A program made the position numbers and the translations under genes. From Geosiphon pyriformis uo1 (taxonomy: Eukaryota > Fungi > Glomeromycota), in NCBI GenBank assembly GCA_016748015.1, contig JAAOMT010000211.1, positions 54,248-118,247 on the forward strand: a stretch of DNA of 64,000 nt, in the 5' to 3' direction. Numbering within the stretch: position 1 is the stretch's first letter; the number at the start of each line of letters is the position of its first letter. Under the pieces are notes generated by a model. It was not told where the DNA came from, made no database searches, and worked only from the letters and a program-made list of their open reading frames with translations. Below, one piece after another: positions 51,501 through 64,000 of this stretch.

Positions 51501-52850
51501 GCAGTTTTGATCAATACAATTAGTTTGATATTAGTTAGATTTCTCTTTTTTTTGTAAAATTTAGGAATTATTAATACCCAAGCTTTTTTCTAAGATTGAG
51601 ATACAGATTTACATATTAGACAAGAATTAAAAAAATTTAAGAGCATTATGAAAACAGAAACATTACAGTACTTCTACAGTTTATTAGTAATACTAAATAG
51701 ACCAATAGTTTTTTTATCAAGTAAGTTCTTAATTACTTATAGCATATTATCATAAGTAATAGCACTTATAACACCAGAAAAAGCATTATTATTAATATAC
51801 TTTAAAGACAAATATTGTTGATATCACAGATTAAAAACATTGTTTATTACCAACTTTTTTTTTGTTCAGTTTTCTATTATTTTATTAATCTTAGCTTTAA
51901 CTTCACTAAAGTCCAAAACCAATTTATTATCAACAATAAAATTACTTTTCAAATAGATACTCTAATACACTCCTTATTATATAGTTCTTATTAATTATTT
52001 ACTTATTAATAATAAATTTAATATTCAATTTCTTAGCTCTTAGTAATTCTGCAAGCTTGAAAATATGATAAAATTTTCTCACATTAGATAAAACAGATCT
52101 CATATTATCAAAGTTAGTATCAAATCTAAAAAAATCTAAATGCTTATTACTTTATCACAGTTCAGAAATGTCTAACAGCTTATCAAAAAATCAAACTTAT
52201 TTCTGAGTTTTATATGTAAAAACTTGACAATTTTTAAAACTAAAACTTCTAACTTATAAAACTTAAAAAACTTTTTGGTAAAAACACCATCAAAATTTTT
52301 AAACTATTTTTTCTTAAACACTTTATTGGCTAATAGACACACAATCTTCTAAATAATATTTCATATTATATCTAAATCTGAAAACCTTTTAAATATAGCA
52401 AACTTATCAGTATATATTGTAATATTATTTATTGTAGTATTCTTAAATTTGAATTATTTGGCACTATTAGCATTTTTGAAATCAAACTTTCAACAATTTT
52501 TATTAATCTGTTTGTGAAAAAAATTTAGCTTTATATTAAACAAGTTTTTTAACTCTACAAAAACAAATACAGCTTAATAGTCAAAGTCAAATTAATTACT
52601 AGTATTCAGAATATTATGACTAGTTAATACATTAATAAGACTTAAAAATATAAATATGTAGTCAATTGTTTTTTTAGTACTCTTAGAATTTTTTTATATT
52701 GGAGTTTTCACAAACAAATTTCTTGTCAAAAAATTGATTAGTCTTAGATTAATATATCTTTTTAAATTAGCATTTTTATAAAAACTATTCTTATTAAAAT
52801 TATTACTATTATTAGATAAAAACTATAAGTTATATCACTTTTTAGCAACA
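48522..52850 (-). mobile_element. degenerate LINE copy (APE-RT-RNaseH, 3' UTR)
   Basis: ORFs 50953-51210 (DQNEIF..WRIFYN, VFVDNTI), 50605-50919 and 50063-50434 match the 60-64 kb element; 3' UTR alignable to 59709-59830. Confidence 0.85.
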
Positions 52851-53519
52851 GCAATAGTTTTTACCAGTAATATACATTATCATAATTATGACTAATAACT
52901 GTAGTATATCATAAGTGTATAGACTATTTTAATAAGTAGGAGAGCAAAAAAAAGATGTATCATAAAATCATTAAAGTAAAAGAAAATATTGTTATTATTT
53001 GTTTTTGGACAAGAACTAGTCTTAAATATTTTAAAGGGAAAAAAAAAGTTATATTTCTTTATATAAATTAAAAATGCAATCAACAATAAGAACAAAACCA
53101 AATTATTCTACTAAATACATAATCAGAATTCTTTCAATTAATTGTTGAAAGAATGTGGTATTCAAATGTTTGGCTTTGAAAATAAAGTTATAAAAATTAT
53201 AAAAAAATCGTAAAAGTAAAACATAACTAAAATAGATTTCAATTAAACTTTTTATTGTTAAGACCACTTTCTAACAACATGATATTTTATTACTTATTTT
53301 AATATTTAACAACTTGTTTAGTAAAACAAAACTTAATGTAAAATAGTAATAATACATAATTTAAAAATCAAAAGTAATAAAAAAACTTGAAATAGTGATA
53401 ACAAGTAAGTAAGAGATTATAATAACGTGATTTCAAAGATAATAAGAAATATGTAAAAGCATACTTAAGATTATAATAACAAGTATTTAGAACATAGGAA
53501 GAGGAAAAAAAAAGTAAGA

Positions 53520-53880
53520 TATAAAGAAAAAAACTAATTGCTTACTATAAAAACTATAGCAAAAAGTTGGTTCAGTATTGAATTGATACTTTTTTGAACT
53601 AATAAAAAAACTGTATATATAGCTAAATTATATTAGATCTACATATTATATTAAAACTATTTGAGATATATTAATTATTTATATATTTTAATTAATCAAT
53701 TCATGATAAGTTTACTCAGTCTATTATTTTTTTCAGAGCTAGTAATTTTAGATGATCAGATTTAGATGGCTGAATCTAGAACATTGATTGTAAATTAATA
53801 ATATCAATTATAATTATAATCAACATAATTAGAAGTAGATTAATTGATTATATTTCTTGATAATTACTTTTAACTATTTA
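53520..53880 (-). repeat. relic of the third LTR-like repeat (better preserved copy)
   Basis: Inverted homolog of 45050-45360; true boundaries unclear and may extend to ~52870. Confidence 0.55.
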
Positions 53881-53899
53881 TTATAGATTTGAAATATTA

Positions 53900-54330
53900 G
53901 AAACCAGATTTTTCAAAGAAAAAGAAAGAATTAATAGAACATCTAACAAAATATTATTATTATTATTATTATTTAAAAAATTGATTTTTCCTAAAGGTAT
54001 ATTTAATGCTTTCTTAGTTTTTATCTATAGATCTTTTAGTATTCAATTAAAATTTTCTTCATTAAAAAAGTTTTTTTCGTCATAATTAATATTAGTCTCT
54101 TCTATTAGACATTTCTCTTTCATATCAACACTATTGAATTTAGTAGTATTACCAGTTTTAGAGCTCCAAGAGTAACCAGTTAAAGCCTTAATAAAAACTA
54201 CCTTGTTATTAATACTGTCTTTTAAAATACCACTATTTTTTTCTTTTTAGAAAAAACTTGTTTACTATTATTATCAAAACCAGAATTCTTAACAAACTTC
54301 TTTATAACAGTTATACTGAAATCAACAATA
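53900..54330 (-). pseudogene. probable LINE ORF1 N-terminal relic
   Basis: Minus-strand ..GYSWSSKTGNTTKFNSVDMKEKCLIEET..; same strand as, and upstream of, the 48.5-52.9 kb LINE. Confidence 0.4.
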
Positions 54331-57300
54331 GTCTCATAGTTGAATAGAAAAAATTTGAATTTATTATACTAAATAATTAAAAAATTTCTTTACAAAAATT
54401 ATACTTTTTGGTAAATTTAAAATGTAAAAAAAAGAAGTTTTTAGATAATTTTATATTTTTTTTTTAATAAAATACTAATATAAAAACCTAAAATTAAAAT
54501 TAAAAACCTATTTTTAAACAGTAGTTTAATTAACAAAAAACAATTTGCATATTATTAAATTTGTCTTTAATTTAAAACTTAATTTAATTTTTTAATTTTA
54601 TTTTAGCAATAATAAAAATTAAATTGTTATTTTTTTGCTTAATAAAATTGTTTATTCTTTTTATATTGTACATAACAATTTTTTAAATTAAATTATTTAT
54701 AAAAAAAAATATTATGTAAATTATTTTTAAGAAATATTATGCTAAGTTTTAATAAAATTATATTAATAAAGCCAAAAAACATATAAATATTTATTTTAAA
54801 AATATTTAATTGTTTAATAACAGATATAAGAACATTAAAATTTATATATTTGTATATTTATAATTTTCTTAAAAAAATAATTTAATATTATATTAAAAAC
54901 AATTAATAAAAACAAATAAAGTATAATAATTTAAGAAAAAACAGAAAAAAAAAATTTTTTTTAATTATAAAACTGTTATAAAGAAAACTTCAAAAAAAAA
55001 AAATATACATAAAATTACCATTAAAAATTTGATTAAAAAACTTTATTTAAACTTAAAATCTATTTTTATAAGCTATTAAATACAAAATAAAAACTTTTTT
55101 TTGCATAAAAATTAGTTAAATCAAAGCAATTTTTTTAAAAAATACTAATTTTATCAAAAAAAATATAAAGTCATATTTTAATATAAGTAATTAAATTTAA
55201 TTTAATCTAAAAAAACTTAATACTACTAAATACAAAAATAATATAAACAACTTAATTTAAAATATTTTTAAATTTAAAACAAATAATTACATATTTAATT
55301 TTAGCATTAATAATAAAAATATAATTAATAATATAAGTTTTTATTAATTTATTTAAAAAAGTATTAAGATTATGTATAATTATGTTTATATATAAAGTAA
55401 ATATTTTATATTAATTTTTAGATAATTATATTGTTTAATCTATATTAGTTTTGACTATATATATATAATCTTTATTTATTAGAATAAATTATTTAAATAT
55501 TAATAGATTTGTTTAATTTATTCAGAAAATTTTACTACAGCTTTTTTGTTACAGTTTAATAAGTTGTAATTAAATTAATACAATTGTTTTAAACTTAAAT
55601 AAAACTAAAATAATTATTTTTTTGCTATATTTATTGGAATTTTTTTAATTATTACAACTTAATTTAAGTAAAATTTTTGTTTCTTAAAATTACTATTTAT
55701 TTAAATTTTTTTTTAGTAGTTAAAGCTGTAATTTTATTTAAACTTTTTTTTATAATAAAAGTAAATTTAATAATTTTTTCAAATTTTGAGAAAATAATGG
55801 TACTTTTAAATTTATTTACTAATTAAAACAATTTTTAAACAACTAATACTTTTACAATAATGCTTTTTTTTAAATTATTAAAAAATTTATATTTAATAAA
55901 TAGAATTTTTTAAGGAGTATTTTCACTTTTTCTTTGATAATTTTGGAATTAATTCAAATTTGTTCAATTAAATAATATGTAAAAAAAACCATTTTTTTAT
56001 CTATGTTAAAAATTAGAAAATTACAAAAAAAATTATTTATTTTGTTAATATTAATTTGTTTTGTTTTAGAAGTATTTGTTTTAAAATTTGAAAAAGTATT
56101 ATTTCTATTATTAGTATTATAATTATTATTAATTAATAAAAAATTGTTTATTTTTTATTTATGTTAGTTTTATGTCAAAAAACTGCTTAAAATTATTTAG
56201 AAATTAGTAAAATCTATATTAATTTACTATTTAAATATTTAATATTGCTAAACAGAATCTTTTGTATTTGCTTAAAAATATTACTTATAAAATTTTAAAA
56301 AAACTTTTTTGTTAATTTTTTCTTAATTATATTACTATTAATAATAATTACCAGTTTTAAAACAAAGAAGTAAAATAATAAAAAATATAAATAGAAAAAA
56401 ACTATTTTTTTTTCGAAATTTCTACTTTTTAAAAAATTAAAATATATAAAAAAAAGAAGTTTTTTTTAAGTTTTATCTCAGTTTTTTATAAAAAAACATT
56501 TAAAAATAAAATATAAAAAACAAATTAATTAAAATTTTTAAATTAAGTAAAATTTTTAAATATTAAAAAATTTAAATATTAATATTATATAAAACATTAA
56601 AACTTACAATTTTTATTTAAATAAATTATCTATACTATTAATAAACTAATTAATAAAAACTTTAAATACAATAAAAACCAAAGAATAGTTTTATAATTAA
56701 AAATTAAGTAATTTCAATTTGAATATTTATAATATTATTAATATTTAAAAAGTTTTTACCAAATATAATTTTGGGTAAATATTAGTTATAATAAATGTTT
56801 TATTAAAAACTTTTTTAAATTTAAAAACGATAATAGTAAATTAATAATAATAATTAGTAATAAAAAACAAATAAGTTTAATTACTAATTTAAAAAACCAA
56901 ATTATTAATTTTAAAAACTATACAGCCAAAAAAATCAAAAAAATATTATATAAATTATAACAACAAAAATAAAAATAAAACCAAATTTTACAAAATTTTG
57001 CAATCTTAAAAATAATAATAAAAAATTTAAAAATTCAATTTAGATAACAGTATTTAAAAAAGTTCTAATACAAATTTCGTTCAATATTATTCTTAATAAC
57101 CAAATTTAATTAATAAAATTTATTTAAAAACTAAAAAATAGTCTCAAAATAAGCTAATTTAAATTTTATAATTTTATTAAACATTAAAATAGAAATTATC
57201 TAATTTTAAAATTTTTTTAATAATTAATAATTATTTTTTAAATACTATTAAAATTAATAGTATTTCTAAAAAGTAAAAAAATAAGTTAATTTTTAAAATT

Positions 57301-59683
57301 AAATAATTTAATAAGTTAATTGATTGAATTTACATTTAAAAACATGATTTTTTTTGCTTTTAAAATTATTTAAAATTGACTAAAATATTATATATTTAAT
57401 AATTTAATTATATTTTAATTAAAATTAGTTTTAACAAATATATTATTATTATTCAAAACAAAAAAAACTGGTGTTTATAATTAAAGATTATAATTAATAC
57501 AGTTATAATAAAACTGGTAAAAAACTAATATTTTATTTTTTACAAAAAATAAATAATGATTTAAAAAATAATAAAAAATATTTTTTTAAGATATTTTAAA
57601 AAAATTAATTGTTTTAAGTTTAAAAAAGAAAAAAAATATTTTTGGTTTTTTTGGCTATTTAAATAAAGATAAAAAAAATTTCTGTAAAAAAATAGTTTTA
57701 TTATTAATATTTGTTAAAGATTTTTAGATTTTTTATAATAATAGCAATTATACTAAACCTATAATTAATTAATTATTTAAAAAAAACTTTAAATAAAGAA
57801 AAATCTTATTTTAAAATAAAAAATAATGTTTTTTTAACTGTTTTATGTTTATATTATTTAAAAAAACATTTTAAAAAAATGTAGCTGTTTTAACTTTGAA
57901 AAAAACTTTTTAAGTATTAAAATTATTAAAACAATAAAAAAAAATTTGTTTATTTTAAATTTTTTGTTTTGGTTATAGTTATAAAAAATATAAAAAAAAG
58001 TTAAAAAGTTTTTTTTTAATAATTATTTATTTAAAAATAATTAAAATAAAATAAAATATAAAAATAAGAAAAGCAAATTAAATTATTTATTATTTAAATA
58101 AATAAAATTTTTTATATATTTTTCTTGTATTTTTATAATTACAATTAAAACAAAGAATAAAAAAGTTACAATTTTTTTATTTTTTAAAATATTAATAATA
58201 TTTTTACTAATAAAGTACTTAAAGCTATAAAAATTGTTTATAAAAGTGTTTTTTTTTAAATAAAATAGTAATTAATTAGTTTTTGTTAATTTAAAAACAT
58301 ATTTTTTATGTTTAATTAAAAGTTTTTCTTTTTTAAATTTTTTTTAAAAAGATATATTTAAAGTAATATTAATATAATCTTTGTTTTTTTTAAAAGCTTT
58401 AAAGTATTTAATAAAAAATTAATAATCAAATTATTTTTTTATTTTTATTTTTTTTTATTGTTGTTTAAATAATTAAAAAAACCAAAAAACAACTTTTTTA
58501 AACTTTTATTATGTTTAATAATAACTTTTTTAAAATATTGAAAAAATTTTCTTTTTTTTGATACTAGTTTTAGTGTTTTAAACTAATTTTTTTTGTAAAA
58601 AATAATGTTTTTGTTTTTTGGCTTTTTTGTCAATTCTGTATTATTTATATTAATTATAATATTTAACTTTGTTGTAATTAAAGATAAAAATTTTTTTTTA
58701 AACAATAATAATAAAAACATATTAACCAATTTTAGTTTAAATTAATTTTTATTTATATTGTTAAATTTAGACCAAATTTTACCAGTTTTAAAAATAAAAT
58801 AAAATATGTTTTTATAATTAATTTATTAAATTATTTAATCTTAAAAATTAAACTAATTAAATAAAATTAAAGATATATTTTTTTTTGTTTTTTAATAATA
58901 TAATAGAACTTGTAATAATTAATCTTTTTACAAATAATAATTTGTAATAATTAATAATTTTTTATTAAATAATAATTATTAACTTCTAATAAATTATATA
59001 TATATAAATTAGTTTAAAGAGATAAAATTTTATATAATTATATTTAAAATTATTTAATAATTTATATAATTTTTAATATAAAAAAAATTTATTAAAAATT
59101 ATAATAATATTATATTATTAACAATAATAATTAAAAAAAGTTTGTATATATGTTTTTTTTCCAATTTTAATCGATTCTTTGAGAATATATTATATATAGT
59201 CTAAACTATTAATTGTTATTTTAAAAATCTTATTACTATTATTTAATTAATATAATATATTTGTAATTTGAATAAGTTTTTTATGCTTAAATAATTTAAT
59301 ATTAATTTTTTTAATATTATTTCAGATTTTTAAATTTGTTATTAAATTATAATAAACTTCAATTATGTTTTAATTAGTTAATTTAATATGAATTCTTACT
59401 TTAAAAATAAGATTTATAATTTTTAATACTTAGTTATTTAATGTATAATATTAAAATTTTTGTGATTTTTTTTTCTAATTTAATATTATATGCTGTTTTT
59501 ATTAGATTAAAATAATATCAACAGTTTTAAATAATATATGTATTAATATTAAATCAATATTTTTAAATTTAATAAATTGTTTAAAATAAGTTAATATGAT
59601 AAATATTTTTATATTTAGTATTATATTAATTAATAATATATATAAACATAATAATAATACTTAAATACTATAATAATAATAAT

Positions 59684-62600
59684 ATTTATTTATTTATTTA
59701 TTTTTTAATTTAACGAATGAGGTCCATACACAATCTAACACTATACATCAAAGAAATGATCTAAACTAGGCATGAATCATGCATTTTCTACATGTAACCA
59801 GCCACTCAGGCCAGTCAAAACAACACTATACAGCTATATAAACAGAAACTGAATTACCAATGCTAGAGAAAAACATGTAAGACTTGCGAAAACCAAAATA
59901 CACACCAAAAGCTTTATTGATACCAAGCAAATCAATTACATCAGTAAAAAGATGCGAAGTCAAACTAGAGACCAAAGTAGGAGACGAGTCATTTAAAAGA
60001 ATCAGTCCATGCTTTTTCATATAAGCACGATGTTTGGCACAAACCAACCATATCTCATCTCTAAAAGCGAGGCCAAGAAAACATGTGAAATTAACGACCT
60101 TCAAACATGCCATCTTGGGACTATGAAAAACGGAGACAGCTTCACAAAACCAATTATCAAAAACAAAACCCTTATGAAGAGCCATGGACACCAAGGAACC
60201 TAAAACACAAGATGACAACAACTGCAACAAACATGAAAAAGAGACAGAAGAACCAGAAAGTGTTTTCCAAGTGTCCATGTGAGAATCCAACAACCGACAC
60301 CGAGCAGAATCATCGACCTCACAAGAAAAAACATGATCTGACACCTCCACGTCACCACAATATAAACACAACACACTGAGATAAAGTCTATTATAAAGCC
60401 ATTTTCGAACAGCTACAGGCAACCGATGATGCAAAGCCTTCATAAAATAAGAGTGTGTATTAGCCAAAATCCTGCTAGTGAAACTGGTGGCCATATGCAA
60501 ATCAAAATGCCACACCAAAGAAGAGCGAGACCAATTAATATCAGTCCGCAAGTTGTCAGGCAAAAACTTAGAACCAGATCCTACTTCCCAACATGCATGA
60601 CACATGGCATGAAAAGTGTCATAGACAAAGTGTCTTGAATTGTCAGAAACAATGTTGCCATCAGCCATTAAAAAGTGTTCATCCAGGTAAAGAGAAAAAA
60701 ACCAGTCGGAAACAGAATCAGCACTGGCAATTACATCAGCATGCTCATTTCCCAAAACTCCAGAATGACCTTTGACTTTGTGCCAAGCAACATTTAGGAC
60801 CTTACTGGAAATAACATTGGCAATATGCTGACACTCAATTCAACATCAATTCCGGAAATTAGGAGCCACCATACCCAATTCCGATTTGCAAGCATCTAAA
60901 GTAGACTGACTATCTGAAAACAAATGGACATTACTAAAAACAGAAACACACTCGAGAGCCAACACAATTGCCTGTAACTCAGCCATAGTAGATGACATCA
61001 AGCCAGACACACCAACACCCAAACCCATACCAATGTCCTTGAAAAAAGCCGCAGCACCCACTTTACAGCCAACTGTACCCAAATTTCTCAATGACCCATC
61101 AGTATAGACAGACAACACCCTTGCATTAACCTGTGAAAGATGATCACAAATAGACACAAAGCCAGAAGAACCCAGAATGTCCAAAGGACCCATATTAGCA
61201 AGAACTGGGATGCAAGCAGGAGAGGAGTTCTCACCAGCAAGAAACACAGCAGAAAGTCTGAACCACTCAGGAATAGGGCCATGAGGGTCCAGTTTCTTCT
61301 ATCACTTAAATGTGGACCAATCAAAGACTATATCATGATGATCACAAATTTGGTCTACAAAGGCCACACCATACCACTGAAGTGAGGGGAGACACCTGGA
61401 GAAAACTGATTCACCCAAAACAGTTAACATGGGCATCCCACTATTGACATGAAAAGAATTGGCAAAGGATCCACCCAGAGACAATTTGCAATTATAAAGC
61501 ACACGAACCACATCCGCCAGAAAATTATTAGAGGCGCTAACATGAATGCGAACAGGAGAACTCAATAGATGAATAGGGTGCCAACACAAAACCTGTAGAT
61601 TATGAGACCTATGAGAGAACAAACGTCCCACAATTCCACCAGAGTTGGCAAAATTAATAAGAGAAGCAACCTTGTTTTCAGACTGAATCTGCAGGAAAGA
61701 TTTCAAATCATAAAAGAAGGGGTGGTGAATTGAATTACTAGGAAAGTCAAGTAGAAGTCCAGATTTAAGCTACAGGCCCTTATGAATCATAGCATCCCAC
61801 TTGTTGCAAATGCCAATAGGAACAAAGCTAAATTGTGTCCTGTAGCTAATAATAGGCTGAAGAACCACTGAAACTAAATATAAGAACTGATTATCTGAGA
61901 TAGCTTTTTTTAGAACCAAATTTGTAAAGAAACAAATATCCGAATATGCTTTAGCTAAACTAGGTCTGGAAAAACCCTCAGTCGACAAAAATATGTCCAG
62001 ATACCAATGGGATTCATCTTTTTTGGCAACAGAGATAGGTGAACTACTAATGAAAAGAGTGGAATTTCTAACCCTATAATTGATGGAAATAGCTACAGTC
62101 TTGTCATTGTTTATTAAAATGTCATTAATCTGGAAAAACTCACTAGCAACATTCAAAATGTGTTGAGTAGTGCTCTGACTATTGCCAACCCAAATCATAT
62201 TATCAACAAAAGCACCAGCAGCAAAACAAAAAAAAAGCCCAACCTGTGACTTAACACAACTACTCTTGGAAACGAAATGAGAAATTAGCCTGTACTCACA
62301 CATACTCTTCTAATGCTTAACTTTGCACAAAAAAAGATCATAAAAAATGTGCCACAGAAGGGAAAAAAAGACCTCTCCTTGATCTAAACTATCATGGACC
62401 CAATAACCATCTGTCAAACCAAAATCTGTTATGACTTGATTAGTGCGATCTTTGTAAATGCCGCCAAAAAACCGAATAAACCTGTTGCACATTTTAATTC
62501 TGACTAGACACTTCTCTAAATGCTTCCAGCCAACCAAATCATATGTTTTCCTCATATCCTACAAGACCAGCCAAAGTTCTCGGTTCTTTTCCAGGGCATT

Positions 62601-64000
62601 CTCAACAACCGAACCAACTGCAAAAATGGGGAACTGTGTCATTGTACCTTTCAAAACCAAAAAATTGTCACCACAAAGGACATTATGAGTGCTGCTGCTG
62701 AAGAAATCCTGTTTGAGAGTATTTTGGAGAGAATTTTGCGAGCTGTCTCAATTAGTGCAATAAGATGAGTATTTGTAAGAACACCCTCCCATTCATATGG
62801 TTTGGGAATTATTGAAACCCAAGCTTCTCTCCAGGGACCAGGGACAGATTCCTCAGATAAGCAAAAGTTCAAAAACACCAAGAGCATATTAAAGACCAAA
62901 ATATCGCAATGTTTCCAAAGCTCATTTGAGATACCTGAAAGGCCAGCAGCTTTGCCATCCGGCAGGTTGGAGACAATCCTAAACAGTTTGTCAAAGTTGA
63001 TCAAACCCATCACACCAGAAAAAGCTTTATCGAAAACATAACCTAGAGGACGATACTGGCAAAACCACTCATCATTAATATTAAGCACTACCTTTTGCTT
63101 TCTAGTCCAATCTTCCATAATCTCATCCACCTTGGACTTCACTGGAGCAGAATCCAACACCAGCTTATCTTCCACCACCAAATGGTCCAAAACCATCTTG
63201 CGGAAGGGTTGCTTCAAAACACTACGTACAGTATGACCTTTGTTCAACTCAAAACTCTCTATTCTTTTGTTAATTGCCAACTTGATCTGAGATTTTTTGG
63301 CACAGTTTGATTCTGACAACTTAGATGAATGGTAGAATTTCCTGATCTTGGCCAAAGCTGAACGAATAGTATCAAAATGGGAACCCGAAAGAAAGAGAGA
63401 ATCCACAACAGAAGTGTTAGCAGGATCAATCCCTTTCCATGTATCAAGTAGAGAAACAAACTCCTTATGAGAGACCAGACAAGAGGCTTTGACAATCTTT
63501 GACACCAAAAGTTCTAATTTGTGAAATCTGGATGATATTTTATTATAGACACTATCGAAACCTTTAAACCACTTTTTTTTGAAAACATTCTCAGCCAACA
63601 AACACACTACTTGGCAAAGGTGATCCCACATTGTGTCCAGGTCCAGACTTATCTTGGCAGCATAAAATTCATCATGGAACATGGCAGCATTTGCTGACAT
63701 ATCCTCTTTAAACTTGATCCATTCAGCATCACCAGCATTCACAAAATTGTACTTCCAATGATCTTTATTCACTTGTTTGCGCAATGTGTTCAACTGCACA
63801 TCTAGTAAACCACCAAGACCCATGGAAACAGAAACAGCTTTATGATCAGTATCAAAATACTCTTCAACACCAGACACATTATGATCCAGAATTGTATTAA
63901 TTAAACTCGACGACACAAACACATAATCAATAATTTTAGCTACTCCACGAGAATTGGCCCATGTAGCTTCCTTTCCAAACAAGCTTCCACTCAAGAAGTT
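59684..64000 (-). mobile_element. younger LINE (non-LTR retrotransposon), 3' part with (AAAT)n tail
   Basis: Abrupt GC rise at ~59712; 3' UTR and A-rich/(AAAT)n tail; ORF2 fragments run off the window end. Confidence 0.92.
59826..63994 (-). pseudogene. LINE ORF2: APE C-terminus, RT, RNase H, C-terminal Cys/His finger
   Basis: IDYVFV/TDH (APE); GKAAG, IIPK, IALIE, QGEVF, AFVD(D>N) (RT); VYTDGS, MAELQA, FSDSQ, GNEHAD (RNase H); CLYC..HVFSC; few stops or frameshifts. Confidence 0.93.

Noticed and set aside
38783-53101. Short I/K/N/F-rich ORFs (38783, 40173, 42146, 42150, 52892) and antisense shadow ORFs as host genes
   Set aside because: Compositional artefacts of AT-rich decayed repeats or reverse frames of TE genes.

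Overview
This window is AT-rich eukaryotic repeat DNA with no recognisable host gene. From the repeat types it is most likely a Glomeromycotina/Mucoromycota fungus; it resembles Geosiphon-type repeats, but that is recognition only and unverified. Bases 1-42,850 are a nested insertion stack. One old minus-strand LINE (APE-RT-RNaseH) was hit by four solo LTRs of one family and by element A of a second, Ty3/gypsy-type family. Two more copies of that family (B and C) inserted into one of the solo LTRs, and a fourth (D) inserted into C. The 4-bp TSDs recover the order. The gypsy family (~9.85 kb, ~0.97-kb LTRs, TGTTAC...GTAACA ends) has an unusual layout: a probably GUG-initiated Gag-PR-Cys-rich-dUTPase-RT-RNaseH ORF; a conserved stop; integrase in the +1 frame behind a CAA-rich spacer; a third ORF of unknown function running into the 3' LTR; and a highly structured R/U5 RNA containing a duplicated two-hairpin module. 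All copies are decayed almost entirely by C:G->T:A transitions. Bases 42.9-59.7 kb are an extremely AT-rich field of repeat relics, ending sharply at a younger LINE (59.7-64 kb). Coordinates and alignments were read by eye.
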